Shown here: in pieces, positions 7,143-15,822 of the stretch
Layout: every line of letters begins with the position of its first letter
How positions within the stretch are numbered: the stretch's first letter is position 1
Virus genome (UHGV): UHGV-0369400
Length of the DNA: 43,282 nt
Strand: one strand, 5' to 3'
Source of the DNA: a virus
Program-made: the position numbers and the translations under genes
Notes under the pieces: model-generated
The model's input: only the letters and a program-made list of their open reading frames with translations
Databases searched by the model: none
What the model was told of the DNA's origin: nothing

Positions 7143-7352
7143 ATGGTGAAAATGTACAGCAAATACGCAGAATTAAGAGATAAAGCAGGCATTACTGACT
7201 ATGAGGTCGCAAAAAAGACAGGCGTTTCCACATCGACTCTTAGCAACTGGAAAGCTGGCAGATATACGCCGAAAGCTGACAAAATCCAGAAGATCGCTAC
7301 ATATTTCGGTGTCGGAATTGAGACCCTGCTGGAAGGAGATAAGGGGAGGTGA
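7143..7352 (+). CDS. cro: Cro-like XRE-family HTH regulator (69 aa).
   Basis: HTH_XRE signature (TGVSTSTLSNWKAGRYTPKADKIQKIATYFGV). First gene of the rightward early operon. Confidence 0.75.
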   Translation: MVKMYSKYAELRDKAGITDYEVAKKTGVSTSTLSNWKAGRYTPKADKIQKIATYFGVGIETLLEGDKGR

Positions 7353-7618
7353 AGAAAGTGAATAAGCAACCAGTTATTACCATTGAAAGTGCTGGGAAGT
7401 CAACAAGGGTTAAATTCCTTGGAATTGATATCAGCAAAGCACTGACAAAAATATCATATTCCGCTGACGGTATTGATAGCTTTGTAGAAATGAAAATTGA
7501 TAATATGCGACTTTTAGATATCCTGTGCGATATCAACGAAGAAGATATTAAAAAAGCACAGTCAATCCTTGCACCATACAAAGAAAGCCGTGCTCATTTC
7601 AATGAGATTATTCATTAG
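7349..7618 (+). CDS. Hypothetical early protein (89 aa; alternative GTG start at 7358).
   Basis: ORF preceded by GGAGGTG. Confidence 0.45.
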   Translation: MKKVNKQPVITIESAGKSTRVKFLGIDISKALTKISYSADGIDSFVEMKIDNMRLLDILCDINEEDIKKAQSILAPYKESRAHFNEIIH

Positions 7619-7823
7619 ACTTAGAAATTAAGGATAGTAATTTGTCAGATAAAGAAACTGTTTGTAATATATCTTGACTAATCACTATATATCCCATTTT
7701 TTGGAGTTCTTTAAGGCATGCATTTTCAAGTGCAGTAAACGATGTTGTGTCAAACGAATTAACACCTGTTTCGTTAAAACTTGATACAAGTTTTTTTAAG
7801 ACGTTTTCTTGTGCGATATTCAT
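7608..7823 (-). CDS. Hypothetical protein (71 aa) encoded antisense within the early region.
   Basis: GAAAGGAA RBS before the ATG (revcomp of 7824-7840). Non-repetitive sequence. Confidence 0.4.
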   Translation of the reverse strand: MNIAQENVLKKLVSSFNETGVNSFDTTSFTALENACLKELQKMGYIVISQDILQTVSLSDKLLSLISKSNE

Positions 7824-7936
7824 TAAAACATTCCTTTCTACTATTTATCAGGATACGGCACATCCTGTTTAAGCAAGGATAGCATAATAAAAAGCAAAAA
7901 TCAACTATACAGAACAAAACATGAGGAGGTGATAAA

Positions 7937-8116
7937 TTGTCAAAAATGTATAACTGCGGAGAAATCGCAGAGAGATACAGCGTAAAGATAATTACGGTGT
8001 GGGAGTGGATCAGAAAGAAGAAACTCCCAGCGATCCGCATTGGTAAAGAATATCGGATTTCCGAGGATGATCTTAAAGCATTCGAGGATTCACGAAGAAC
8101 AACAGGAAGGTTGTGA
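7937..8116 (+). CDS. xis: Excisionase-family HTH DNA-binding protein (59 aa, TTG start).
   Basis: AGGAGG lies 8 nt before TTG 7937. Sequence ...MYNCGEIAERYSVKIITVWEWIRKKKLPAIRIGKEYRISEDDLKAFE matches the excisionase / MerR-like HTH pattern. Not in the ORF track because it is under 60 aa. Confidence 0.5.
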   Translation: MSKMYNCGEIAERYSVKIITVWEWIRKKKLPAIRIGKEYRISEDDLKAFEDSRRTTGRL

Positions 8117-8125
8117 GAAAGGCAA

Positions 8126-8362
8126 GTGAGAAAAATGAAAGCATCTAAATACGACGGGATGTCGTACGGGGAAATTTTAAGCGAAATTGCAAAGCCTACT
8201 TTTTCGCATGGGAAAGAGGCGCGGCAAGCGCATAAAGCGTTGAGAAAGTACCACGATGGACTTCCACTTTATGCAAGATATCCAGATTTACCCTACTTGA
8301 TGTGTGCATTTGCAGGTGGATTTTCTGCCGCGACTGTGGCCATTTGTTTTTTATCAATGTAA
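8126..8362 (+). CDS. Hypothetical protein (78 aa).
   Basis: ORF only. Confidence 0.3.
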   Translation: MRKMKASKYDGMSYGEILSEIAKPTFSHGKEARQAHKALRKYHDGLPLYARYPDLPYLMCAFAGGFSAATVAICFLSM

Positions 8363-8673
8363 ACATTGACTGTTTGACCGGATTTGTATAAGGCAAACAG
8401 ACTGATCAAAATAGCGACAAATGACAGCACGACAGGGATGTACCAACGTCTACGGTCTCTGATGTAAGTGTCATATTCAGCCTGGCCAGACGGTTGAATG
8501 CAAACAATTGTAGGCGGATGTATTACATCGATATCCTCTGCGCAATATTTTATAAGGCCGTATTTTCCTAAATAACTGATGTTTTCTTTGTCAGCTTCAG
8601 AAAATTCAGACAATGGTATATCGGTGTTATATAAACGTCTTAATAATTTAATTTGGTTGTTAGAAATATCCAT
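8293..8673 (-). CDS. Hypothetical membrane-anchored protein (126 aa from the ATG at 8673, C-terminal TM helix).
   Basis: AAAGGAG RBS before the ATG. A hydrophobic stretch (WYIPVVLSFVAILISLFALY) follows. Confidence 0.45.
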   Translation of the reverse strand: MDISNNQIKLLRRLYNTDIPLSEFSEADKENISYLGKYGLIKYCAEDIDVIHPPTIVCIQPSGQAEYDTYIRDRRRWYIPVVLSFVAILISLFALYKSGQTVNVYIDKKQMATVAAENPPANAHIK

Positions 8674-8718
8674 TTTTGAATGCTCCTTTGTATTAATTAT
8701 ATCACATAAGGAGTAAAT

Positions 8719-8752
8719 AACCATAGGTTTTTAAATTGCAAAACCATAGGTT
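8719..8752. repeat. Two direct copies of AACCATAGGTT (12/13 identical when extended), 23 bp apart.
   Basis: Seen at 8719-8729 and 8742-8752 in a divergent intergenic region. Confidence 0.6.
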
Positions 8753-8769
8753 ATGTAATCGAAAAACCT

Positions 8770-8814
8770 AATGTAAATGTAAATGTTAATGTAAATGAAA
8801 ATGTTAATGTAAAT
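8770..8814. repeat. Tandem hexamer array, AATGT(A/T) about 7.5 copies.
   Basis: Reads as AATGTA AATGTA AATGTT AATGTA AATGAA AATGTT AATGTA AAT. Confidence 0.7.
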
Positions 8815-8955
8815 AGCTGTATGCCCGGAGCTGGCAGGAGCCTCTCCGGCCCGTAAGTAGGCGCAACACGGTAGCAGTGCTACGCGTTAGATTGGATGCT
8901 TATGGGTTTTTACACTGGCTTTGAACACAAGAGCATTTACAAGATCGGGGGTAGT

Positions 8956-9192
8956 ATGGCGCTTAAAAAAAAGACATACGCCGAGGAGAAAGGGGAAAAC
9001 CTCCAGATACTCCTTGACGTAATCAAATCCCGCAAGCGCTACGACGATCAGCGCATGGCTAAAATGGCGGGGATGAAACTGTCGACTTACCGTCTGCGGA
9101 AACAAGATCCAGGATCTATGAGACTGCGGGAACTGTGGGCCATATTAAAGGCCGCAGGGATAGAGGACGGCGAAAAAAACAATGTGATTTAA
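8956..9192 (+). CDS. Small HTH-like DNA-binding protein (78 aa from ATG 8956).
   Basis: A G-rich RBS precedes the ATG. Basic helix-rich sequence (STYRLRKQDPGSMRLRELWAILKAAG). Confidence 0.4.
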   Translation: MALKKKTYAEEKGENLQILLDVIKSRKRYDDQRMAKMAGMKLSTYRLRKQDPGSMRLRELWAILKAAGIEDGEKNNVI

Positions 9193-9204
9193 CGGAGGAA
9201 AACA

Positions 9205-9903
9205 ATGTGTAGATTTAAGAGCGGAATTATCTTGAAAAACAAAATCGTAATTGCGCCAGAAGATAATGAAAGCCATTCCGATTTGCTGAAAATCCTCGGA
9301 ATTAAGGACGATTACATAGGCGCATCAAAAACCTTTGTTCGGGCTGAACTGGTACCGAAAAAAGATGATGAGTGGTGGATTGATCCGGAAGAAAAACCGG
9401 AGAAATGGGTGTTTGTCGTTGATCAAGATATAATTCCTGATTGGTTTGACAAAGAAACGCATGAGAAAGAGTTCCGCGAATCAGTATGCGACTGGTGGAG
9501 AAAGCATGTACTTGTTGACAAAAAGCTGGAAGAGCTGAAAACTGGTTTTTACCGGCTTAAACGCTGCGAAGTGAAAAAGTTGCTTAATGATGTACGCGTG
9601 ATGTTGGACAGCTCACAGGTCGGCGAGATGCGGGACAGCTCACAGGTCGGCGAGATGTGGGGCAGCTCACAGGTCGGCGAGATGCGGGGCAGCTCACAGG
9701 TCGGCGAGATGTGGGACAGCTCACAGGTCGGCGAGATGTGGGGCAGCTCACAGGTCGGCAAGATGTGGGACAGCTCACAGGTCGGCGAGATGTGGGACAG
9801 CTCAACCGCACGAGACTTTAAAAATTATCCGGTTATAAAAATCATGATTCCAGATGGTGGAAAATTTGAAATGGTTGTGCATAAAAACAAAGACGATGAA
9901 TAA
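9205..9903 (+). CDS. Hypothetical early protein (232 aa) with an internal nonapeptide tandem repeat, SSQVGEM(R/W)(D/G), in about 7 copies.
   Basis: GGAGG RBS. The repeat is encoded by near-identical 27-bp units. Confidence 0.55.
   Translation: MCRFKSGIILKNKIVIAPEDNESHSDLLKILGIKDDYIGASKTFVRAELVPKKDDEWWIDPEEKPEKWVFVVDQDIIPDWFDKETHEKEFRESVCDWWRKHVLVDKKLEELKTGFYRLKRCEVKKLLNDVRVMLDSSQVGEMRDSSQVGEMWGSSQVGEMRGSSQVGEMWDSSQVGEMWGSSQVGKMWDSSQVGEMWDSSTARDFKNYPVIKIMIPDGGKFEMVVHKNKDDE
9606..9806. repeat. 27-bp tandem repeat array (GGACAGCTCACAGGTCGGCGAGATGYG), about 7.4 copies.
   Basis: Units are nearly identical, differing only at 2-3 transition sites per unit. The array is GC-rich relative to its flanks. 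Confidence 0.85.
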
Positions 9904-9967
9904 AATGAAGAACCAAAAGAGGTTTGTATCTAACTTGCTGTGGACTATAGGGGTGGGGTGAAGCAAA

Positions 9968-10195
9968 ATGGCAAGACTTACGTTTGTCAGTGAGAATGAG
10001 GGCAAGATGCCTAGTTATGTGGCAGTAAGAAGCGAAAAAGAAGAGGCTCCAAGACAGGAAAAAAAGTTTTCTAAGGTGCTTGATTTGCTTGGTATGGCAT
10101 TTGACATTTTGACAACCGTGTTTGTTGTCGGATGCGCAACCTTTGGATTTGTGATCTTGCTGTTTGTTGTATTTATGCGAGTACATGCAATCTAA
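9968..10195 (+). CDS. Small membrane protein (75 aa, C-terminal TM helix).
   Basis: GGGGTGGGGTGAAG precedes the ATG. There is a hydrophobic C-terminus. Confidence 0.4.
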   Translation: MARLTFVSENEGKMPSYVAVRSEKEEAPRQEKKFSKVLDLLGMAFDILTTVFVVGCATFGFVILLFVVFMRVHAI

Positions 10196-10212
10196 CTCAA
10201 AAGGAGGAAAAC

Positions 10213-10404
10213 ATGAGTAGGAGGGTAAACGGCACAAACAGGGCCGCTGAATTATGCGGAGGTAGTAAATACACGGGATATGCCAAACCAAAGAAAAAGG
10301 CCGCAAGCTTGACGGAGCTGAACGACCATTTAACAAAAAAATTACAATTACAGTTTAGCAGGTGCGCAGGAGGAATGCAAGATGGAAGAGAAAAAAAAGA
10401 TTGA
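10213..10404 (+). CDS. Hypothetical small basic protein (63 aa).
   Basis: AAGGAGG lies 5 nt before ATG 10213. Confidence 0.35.
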   Translation: MSRRVNGTNRAAELCGGSKYTGYAKPKKKAASLTELNDHLTKKLQLQFSRCAGGMQDGREKKD

Positions 10405-10555
10405 AATCCCGTATGAGGAGTTTACAGAGCTGGTCTTATTAAAAGGACGAGTAAGTGCAACGCTGGCATATTTAAAAGCCAAATCGGGGACTATAGTAGA
10501 TGATGATGTGATGATTGCTTTGATTGATGGTGAAGAAAATGAACAGCCGGTGTGA
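10382..10555 (+). CDS. Hypothetical small acidic protein (57 aa).
   Basis: AGGAGG lies 7 nt before ATG 10382. It overlaps the previous gene in another frame. Confidence 0.3.
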   Translation: MEEKKKIEIPYEEFTELVLLKGRVSATLAYLKAKSGTIVDDDVMIALIDGEENEQPV

Positions 10556-10635
10556 TAGCTGCGAAGCAGACGAGTGCTGTAAATGCAGAGATAGGGCAAA
10601 ACAAAGAAAAAACAGGCAGAACGTAATGGAGGAAT

Positions 10636-11127
10636 GTGAACGTGAATTTATACCAGATCAACGCAGACATTATGAATGCATTTGAAAATGCTTTGGATCC
10701 AGAGACAGGAGAGATTGTTGATATGGCAGCATATGCCGCTATTGATAACTTACAGTGCGAGCTTAACGAAAAAATAGAAAACATCCTTTTATGGATTAAA
10801 AATTTGCAGTCGGATGCAGAGGCGCTGAAAAAAGAAAAAATGGCCTTTGCAGATCGACAATCAAGAGCGGAAGCGAAAGCCGAAAGCCTTAAAAAGTATG
10901 TCAGTGGGGTGCTGAATGGGCAGAAGTTCCAGACAGAGCGCGTATCAGCATCATGGAGAAAGTCAGAAGCTGTTGAGTTTTCTGGTGATGTCAGCGCCTT
11001 GCCGCAATCCTGCATTAAGATCGCTGATCCGGTAGTGGATAAGACAGCACTTAAGAAGCTCTTGAAAAGTGGCACAGAAGTCAAAGGGGCACGGCTGGTT
11101 GCAAGGCAGAATCTCCAGATTAAGTAG
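10636..11127 (+). CDS. Siphovirus Gp157-family protein.
   Basis: The size (163 aa), the coiled-coil middle section and its position just before the ERF gene are typical of Sipho_Gp157. Confidence 0.5.
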   Translation: MNVNLYQINADIMNAFENALDPETGEIVDMAAYAAIDNLQCELNEKIENILLWIKNLQSDAEALKKEKMAFADRQSRAEAKAESLKKYVSGVLNGQKFQTERVSASWRKSEAVEFSGDVSALPQSCIKIADPVVDKTALKKLLKSGTEVKGARLVARQNLQIK

Positions 11128-11135
11128 GTGAGAGT

Positions 11136-11765
11136 ATGGATGAGAAAAAGAAAAATATTTATGAGACGATAACTGCCGTCATGGCTGAAATCGGAGCGGT
11201 TGGAAAGGATAGCCGAAATGAACAGCAACGATTCATGTATCGCGGTATTGATGCTGTCATGAATGCGATCAATCCGGCGCTGATAAAACACAAATTATTT
11301 GTTGTGCCGGAGATCTTGGAACAGAGACGTGAAGAACGTCTCACGGCAAAGGGCGGAAATCTGATCTACTCCATCTGTACTGTGAAATATACTTTTTATG
11401 CAGAAGATGGATCTTCCGTATCTGCAACGGTGATTGGTGAAGGAATGGACAGCGGGGATAAAGCAACAAACAAGGCGATGTCAATCGCATTTAAATATGC
11501 TTGTTTCCAGGTTTTTTGTATCCCGACAGAAGAAATGAAAGACCCGGACGCAGAGACACCGCCACCGAGTAAGCCAGTGCTTGAAGCGGGACAAGTCAAT
11601 GCACTGTTTGGCGAACTTCAGCGGACTGGGGTAGGCCTTAAAGGAATATTGCAGACATACAATGTGACTGACGTGCATGATCTTAGACTTGAGGATTGGA
11701 AAAAAGCAATGGAAATACTTAATAAAAAGCCAGACAAGGCAGATGAGAGTCTTACGCGGAAGTGA
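11136..11765 (+). CDS. erf: ERF-family single-strand annealing protein (recombinase).
   Basis: Conserved ERF core: QRFMYRGIDAVMNAINPALIKHKLFVVP ... VKYTFYAEDGSSVSATVIGEGMDSGDKATNKAMSIAFKY. Confidence 0.8.
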   Translation: MDEKKKNIYETITAVMAEIGAVGKDSRNEQQRFMYRGIDAVMNAINPALIKHKLFVVPEILEQRREERLTAKGGNLIYSICTVKYTFYAEDGSSVSATVIGEGMDSGDKATNKAMSIAFKYACFQVFCIPTEEMKDPDAETPPPSKPVLEAGQVNALFGELQRTGVGLKGILQTYNVTDVHDLRLEDWKKAMEILNKKPDKADESLTRK

Positions 11766-11773
11766 GGTAGCTT

Positions 11774-12379
11774 ATGGAGTGTAAATGCACATTAACTGAT
11801 GTAACGCGAGACTGGGCAACGGGAAAACTCCATGTAACTTTCGAAGCTGAAGATGATATATCAGGCCAGATTGATGGCATGCGGGATAAAACCCTTAGGT
11901 TGACTGCAAAGCAGTGGCGAGACAAGCGCAGCCTTGACAGCAATTCTTATTACTGGGTATTGCTGTCTAAGCTGGCAGAGGCAGCACATATCTCAAAGAC
12001 AAGAGCGCATAACCTTATGCTTAGAGGATATGGACAGGTAGAGTTGTTTGACGGTTCTCGATACTATGCGCGGATACCTGACACAGAGGAAGCAGAAAAT
12101 GATGTGATTGAAAGAGAAACATTTCATTTAAAACCTACATCACAGGTTGTGGCTGGAAGTGATGGCGTAAGCTATAGAACCTATGTGCTACTTAAAGGAT
12201 CCAGCAATTACGACAGCGCAGAAATGACACACCTTCTGGATGGCCTGATAAGCGAATGTAAGGCGATCGGGGTAGAGACAGCCACACCAGAGGAGTTGGA
12301 ACGGATGAAACAGCTCTATGAGCAAAACAACCAACGTTTTGTTGAAACCACCAAAACGAGTTATGAGCTTAAAACATGA
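11774..12379 (+). CDS. Hypothetical protein (201 aa) in the recombination module.
   Basis: ORF with an RBS. No family recognised. Confidence 0.4.
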   Translation: MECKCTLTDVTRDWATGKLHVTFEAEDDISGQIDGMRDKTLRLTAKQWRDKRSLDSNSYYWVLLSKLAEAAHISKTRAHNLMLRGYGQVELFDGSRYYARIPDTEEAENDVIERETFHLKPTSQVVAGSDGVSYRTYVLLKGSSNYDSAEMTHLLDGLISECKAIGVETATPEELERMKQLYEQNNQRFVETTKTSYELKT

Positions 12380-12663
12380 AAAGACTGTATAGTACTTTAA
12401 CGGATGATCTGGAGCATTGCATCATCACCAGATCAAGCAACGTGGCTATCCATCACGTCTTTAACGGGGCAAATCGGAAGCTGTCGGAGAAGTATGGGTT
12501 TCTGGTTCCGCTCCGTCCGGATTGGCACAATATGACGCCGTACAGTGTCCACATGGATCAGAGGTTTGATGAGAGCCTGAAGCGCAAGGCTCAGAAGTAT
12601 TATGAGACTCACTACGGGAGCCGGGAAGATTTCCGGAGGGAGTTTGGAAAATCATATTTATGA
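12376..12663 (+). CDS. Hypothetical protein with an HNH / His-Me-finger-like motif (95 aa).
   Basis: The HHVFNGANRKL...WHN pattern resembles HNH. Call is weak. The region is GC-rich. Confidence 0.3.
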   Translation: MKRLYSTLTDDLEHCIITRSSNVAIHHVFNGANRKLSEKYGFLVPLRPDWHNMTPYSVHMDQRFDESLKRKAQKYYETHYGSREDFRREFGKSYL

Positions 12664-12690
12664 CATGCAGGCAAGCAGAAAGGAAAAGCT

Positions 12691-13065
12691 ATGGATTTTA
12701 GATTAACATCTGCTGCAACAGCAACTGTATATAATGCGATTGGTGTAGGTAAGGAAAACGCCACGAGCCGCAGGGAATTATGCCGGGTAACTGGATTACC
12801 AGACAGGGCGGTGCGGAAAGCGATTGAGATACTGCGGTATGATCGCCCAATTCTCACAGCAGACAACGGACTGGGATATTATATCCCACGTCCAGACGCA
12901 CAGGGACGGCGAGAAGCGGCCCGATGGATTGAGACACAGGATAGAAGATGCAGAAGCATAAAGACGGCAGAAAGAGGTGCTAAGCGTTTCGCGAGGAACA
13001 TGAAGCCACCTGATAAAGAGAAATATGAGCAGCTATCATTGTTTGGAGGTTGTTGTGATGGGTAA
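12691..13065 (+). CDS. Winged-helix DNA-binding protein (124 aa).
   Basis: HTH-like segment SRRELCRVTGLPDRAVRKAIEIL. Confidence 0.35.
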   Translation: MDFRLTSAATATVYNAIGVGKENATSRRELCRVTGLPDRAVRKAIEILRYDRPILTADNGLGYYIPRPDAQGRREAARWIETQDRRCRSIKTAERGAKRFARNMKPPDKEKYEQLSLFGGCCDG

Positions 13066-13393
13066 GACACAGAGAGAAAAGGGAAAACGCGGAGAGAGGG
13101 AGCTCGCCGGAGTGTTCCGGGAGTACGGATACGATGCCAGAAGAGGGCAACAGTATTGCGGCGCAGCCGGTAATGCTGATGTAATCGGGCTTCCAGGCAT
13201 CCACGTTGAGTGCAAGAGGGTTGAGAAACTCAAGCTTCTGGATGCGGTAGCACAGGCAGTGTATGATGCGCTTCCCGGACTCCTCCCGGCGGTATTCCAC
13301 AGGCGGGATCGCTGCGAATGGCTTGTGACCATGCGGCTTTCCGACTGGATAAAAATTTACCGGGAGTGGGAGGCTGGGAGAAATGAGAGATAG
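13058..13393 (+). CDS. Hjc/RecU-like PD-(D/E)XK Holliday-junction resolvase (111 aa from ATG 13058).
   Basis: GERELAGVFREYGY...ADVIGLPG..IHVECKRVEK matches the E...D...E.K nuclease core of archaeal Hjc-type resolvases. GGAGGT lies 7 nt before the ATG. Confidence 0.5.
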   Translation: MGKTQREKGKRGERELAGVFREYGYDARRGQQYCGAAGNADVIGLPGIHVECKRVEKLKLLDAVAQAVYDALPGLLPAVFHRRDRCEWLVTMRLSDWIKIYREWEAGRNER

Positions 13394-13982
13394 CTTGATT
13401 TTTTACAGCAGTTTTTCAAAAGCTATCAAGCGGCTGCCAGAAAACCAACAGCTTAAAGCTCTATGGGCAATCATTGATTATGGGCTGGAAGGAGAAGAAC
13501 CGGAAGACAATGGAGAGCTGTATATGTCCATATACGAGATGGCTAAGCCTCAAATCGATGCCAATATCAAGCGAAAGGCCAATGGAGCAAAAGGTGGGAG
13601 ACCGGCGGAAGATATTCCGGAAGAAGAAAACGGGCCTGTAGTTGGAGCATTTAAGCTTAATGATGGAACATTATATGAAGTAACAAAAACTGCACTTGAT
13701 AAGATGCAAAAGTTGTACCCGGGCGTTGAGTGTGAGCAAGAGCTTAACAAGATTATTGGGTGGTGTGATTCGAACCCTACACGCCGAAAAACACGAAAAG
13801 GTGCACCACGGTTTTTGAATAGCTGGTTTGCAAGGGAACAAGATAAGTCAGCAAAGTCTGGGAAAAGCCAGACTAAGAAACAGAATGCCTTTTTTAACTA
13901 CGATCAGCGAGACACTGATTATGACAGCATAATGCAAGATAAAGTAAAAGAGTGGATGGATAATGATAAGTCACAAGGATAA
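13383..13982 (+). CDS. Hypothetical protein, possibly replication-associated (199 aa).
   Basis: ORF only. Basic central region. Confidence 0.35.
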   Translation: MRDSLIFYSSFSKAIKRLPENQQLKALWAIIDYGLEGEEPEDNGELYMSIYEMAKPQIDANIKRKANGAKGGRPAEDIPEEENGPVVGAFKLNDGTLYEVTKTALDKMQKLYPGVECEQELNKIIGWCDSNPTRRKTRKGAPRFLNSWFAREQDKSAKSGKSQTKKQNAFFNYDQRDTDYDSIMQDKVKEWMDNDKSQG

Positions 13983-14178
13983 AGTTATATACCAGGAAAA
14001 AAGCAGAAAAAAGAAAATGGCTGAGCTGGCAGATTTGGAAAAATACCCATCTCCCATGAGCGAAAGCTTCAGGAGACCAGCATATGACGGCACGGCTTTA
14101 TGCCCAGATCCAAACAGACGGACGCATAAAGCTATAAAAAAGGTATCCACCCCGATCCCAAACGGGGATGATACATAG
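13963..14178 (+). CDS. Hypothetical small protein (71 aa).
   Basis: ORF only. Confidence 0.25.
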   Translation: MISHKDKVIYQEKSRKKKMAELADLEKYPSPMSESFRRPAYDGTALCPDPNRRTHKAIKKVSTPIPNGDDT

Positions 14179-14313
14179 ATAAAAAACTTGCGGTCGGTTT
14201 ATATGTCACGATATACTCTTTGACCATTAACCTGGGGCGGGAACCTATCATAGTCCTCCAAAAACCCGCCCCAAAAGGAGGGACCACAAGGAAACACCAA
14301 GAGGAGAAGAAAG

Positions 14314-14838
14314 ATGAAAACGGACAAATTTTACAAAGCCAGGATGGATGGTTTAGCATACGCCCTGGAGATCGTAGAAAAAGGCGGGGTAGAGGCATTG
14401 AAAAAAGAGCTGAAAGTCAGAAATGCTTACTTTATCCCTATGGAGATATCCAGCAAAAAAGCTGAAGAGCTTAGTGAAATGTTGGCGCACAGAATCCTGG
14501 CCACATTCGTGCCTACAGTGATGTTTTCACTTAATCAGGCGTTTGGATTTGGTCGTGATCGGTTGTTAAGATGGAAGGATGCGTTTATCAACCTTTGCGA
14601 TATGATGGACGCCGTGGACCCGTTTGGGTGCCAGTATGAAACCGTAAAGGATTATGCGGAAGAATTACAGCGAAAATACAATATTGAGTTTGATTGGGAC
14701 AGCATAGATGAAGTAATCGGTCTTAATCAGAACCATAAAAAACAGTTATGCGAAATTGATTATGTGATCAGCTTTCTTGAAGAGAAGGGGCAAGCAGAGG
14801 CCGCTGGACTGATCAGGGAGTATGGGAGGAAGAGATGA
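14314..14838 (+). CDS. Hypothetical protein (174 aa).
   Basis: ORF with a GGAGG-like RBS (AAGAGGAGAAGAAAG). Confidence 0.45.
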   Translation: MKTDKFYKARMDGLAYALEIVEKGGVEALKKELKVRNAYFIPMEISSKKAEELSEMLAHRILATFVPTVMFSLNQAFGFGRDRLLRWKDAFINLCDMMDAVDPFGCQYETVKDYAEELQRKYNIEFDWDSIDEVIGLNQNHKKQLCEIDYVISFLEEKGQAEAAGLIREYGRKR

Positions 14839-15098
14839 GCTATTGGAACGAAGAAAACAGTAAAAAGATAATATGCCCGTATTGTGGTGAAGAATATGAA
14901 CCGTCATATGAAGACACTTATATAGGTGATGAACCTGTTGATTGCTATACAGAAGAGACCAATACATATACCTGTGATGTGTGTGGAAAGAAATTTACTA
15001 TGTATGGCTACCAGGATGAATGGAGATACCAGACAGAAACTATTGACGGAGAGGCCACGGAAGAAGAAGTAGAAGAAAGAACTTGGGAAGTAAATTAA
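14835..15098 (+). CDS. Zinc-ribbon protein (87 aa; CPYCGEE ... CDVCGKK).
   Basis: Two CxxC pairs. Start overlaps the upstream stop (ATGA). Confidence 0.45.
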   Translation: MSYWNEENSKKIICPYCGEEYEPSYEDTYIGDEPVDCYTEETNTYTCDVCGKKFTMYGYQDEWRYQTETIDGEATEEEVEERTWEVN

Positions 15099-15133
15099 GA
15101 TTATTGTAATTAAGAACTAGGAGGAAAAATACG

Positions 15134-15622
15134 ATGCCAAATTGGTGTGAAGGAATGTTGAAGATTAGAGGCAAACAAGAGAAGGTACTTGACTTGTTAG
15201 CTGAAAACCTTCAGGTTTGGAAAACAATCATTATCAAAGAGCCTAAATTTGAGATGCGAGAAGGAATTGATAAAGAAGCTATCAAAATAGACAGAGAAGA
15301 CGGGTTGGTGTATGTTGCTAAAACTGCATACATAAAGGGTACACGTAGAAATTTTGTTGAACCAGATGATATTGTAGTATACAAGGATAAAAACGGAAAC
15401 ACCTGTATTGCCATTGAAATTAAAGGAGCTTGGGATATATCAAGTGAGCCATATATCAACTTATCGAAACAATACAATGTTGATATCAAAATTGAAGCAT
15501 TTGAAATGGGCATGGAGTTTAGTAGATATATTCTTATTGAAAAAGGCGAACTTAAAGAAGATAAGAAAATTAAGTATGATGATTATGTGTGGGACTGTGT
15601 GATGCCTAATCTTGGCGGATGA
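15134..15622 (+). CDS. Hypothetical protein (162 aa), AT-rich.
   Basis: AGGAGG RBS. Confidence 0.45.
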   Translation: MPNWCEGMLKIRGKQEKVLDLLAENLQVWKTIIIKEPKFEMREGIDKEAIKIDREDGLVYVAKTAYIKGTRRNFVEPDDIVVYKDKNGNTCIAIEIKGAWDISSEPYINLSKQYNVDIKIEAFEMGMEFSRYILIEKGELKEDKKIKYDDYVWDCVMPNLGG

Positions 15623-15807
15623 TGGCAAAGTTAAGATCAGGAGAAAGGTTAATGGATAGAACATTAAAGGCTGTATATATTTGGATAGTGCTGGCTTTGA
15701 TTTGGATGGGATTAGAGCTGTTACTGTACGGCGAAATCCAGCCGAGGACAGTAGATGATATTATGTGGTCTCTGTTTTTGCCATTTATTTATATGGCGGT
15801 AAATTAA
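15619..15807 (+). CDS. Small membrane protein (62 aa).
   Basis: Two hydrophobic helices. Start overlaps the upstream stop. Confidence 0.35.
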   Translation: MMAKLRSGERLMDRTLKAVYIWIVLALIWMGLELLLYGEIQPRTVDDIMWSLFLPFIYMAVN

Positions 15808-15822
15808 GATTTGGAGGAGAAG

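Noticed and set aside
9606-9806. Possible CRISPR array, because of the regular 27-bp repeats.
   Set aside because: The repeats are directly tandem with no intervening unique spacers, and they lie inside a protein-coding frame. No cas genes are nearby.
12461-13332. Minus-strand ORFs 12461-12655, 12612-12866, 12879-13070, 12980-13300 and 13036-13332.
   Set aside because: They are stop-free antisense frames produced by the high GC of this segment. They are P/S/R-rich with no RBS. The plus-strand genes account for the region.
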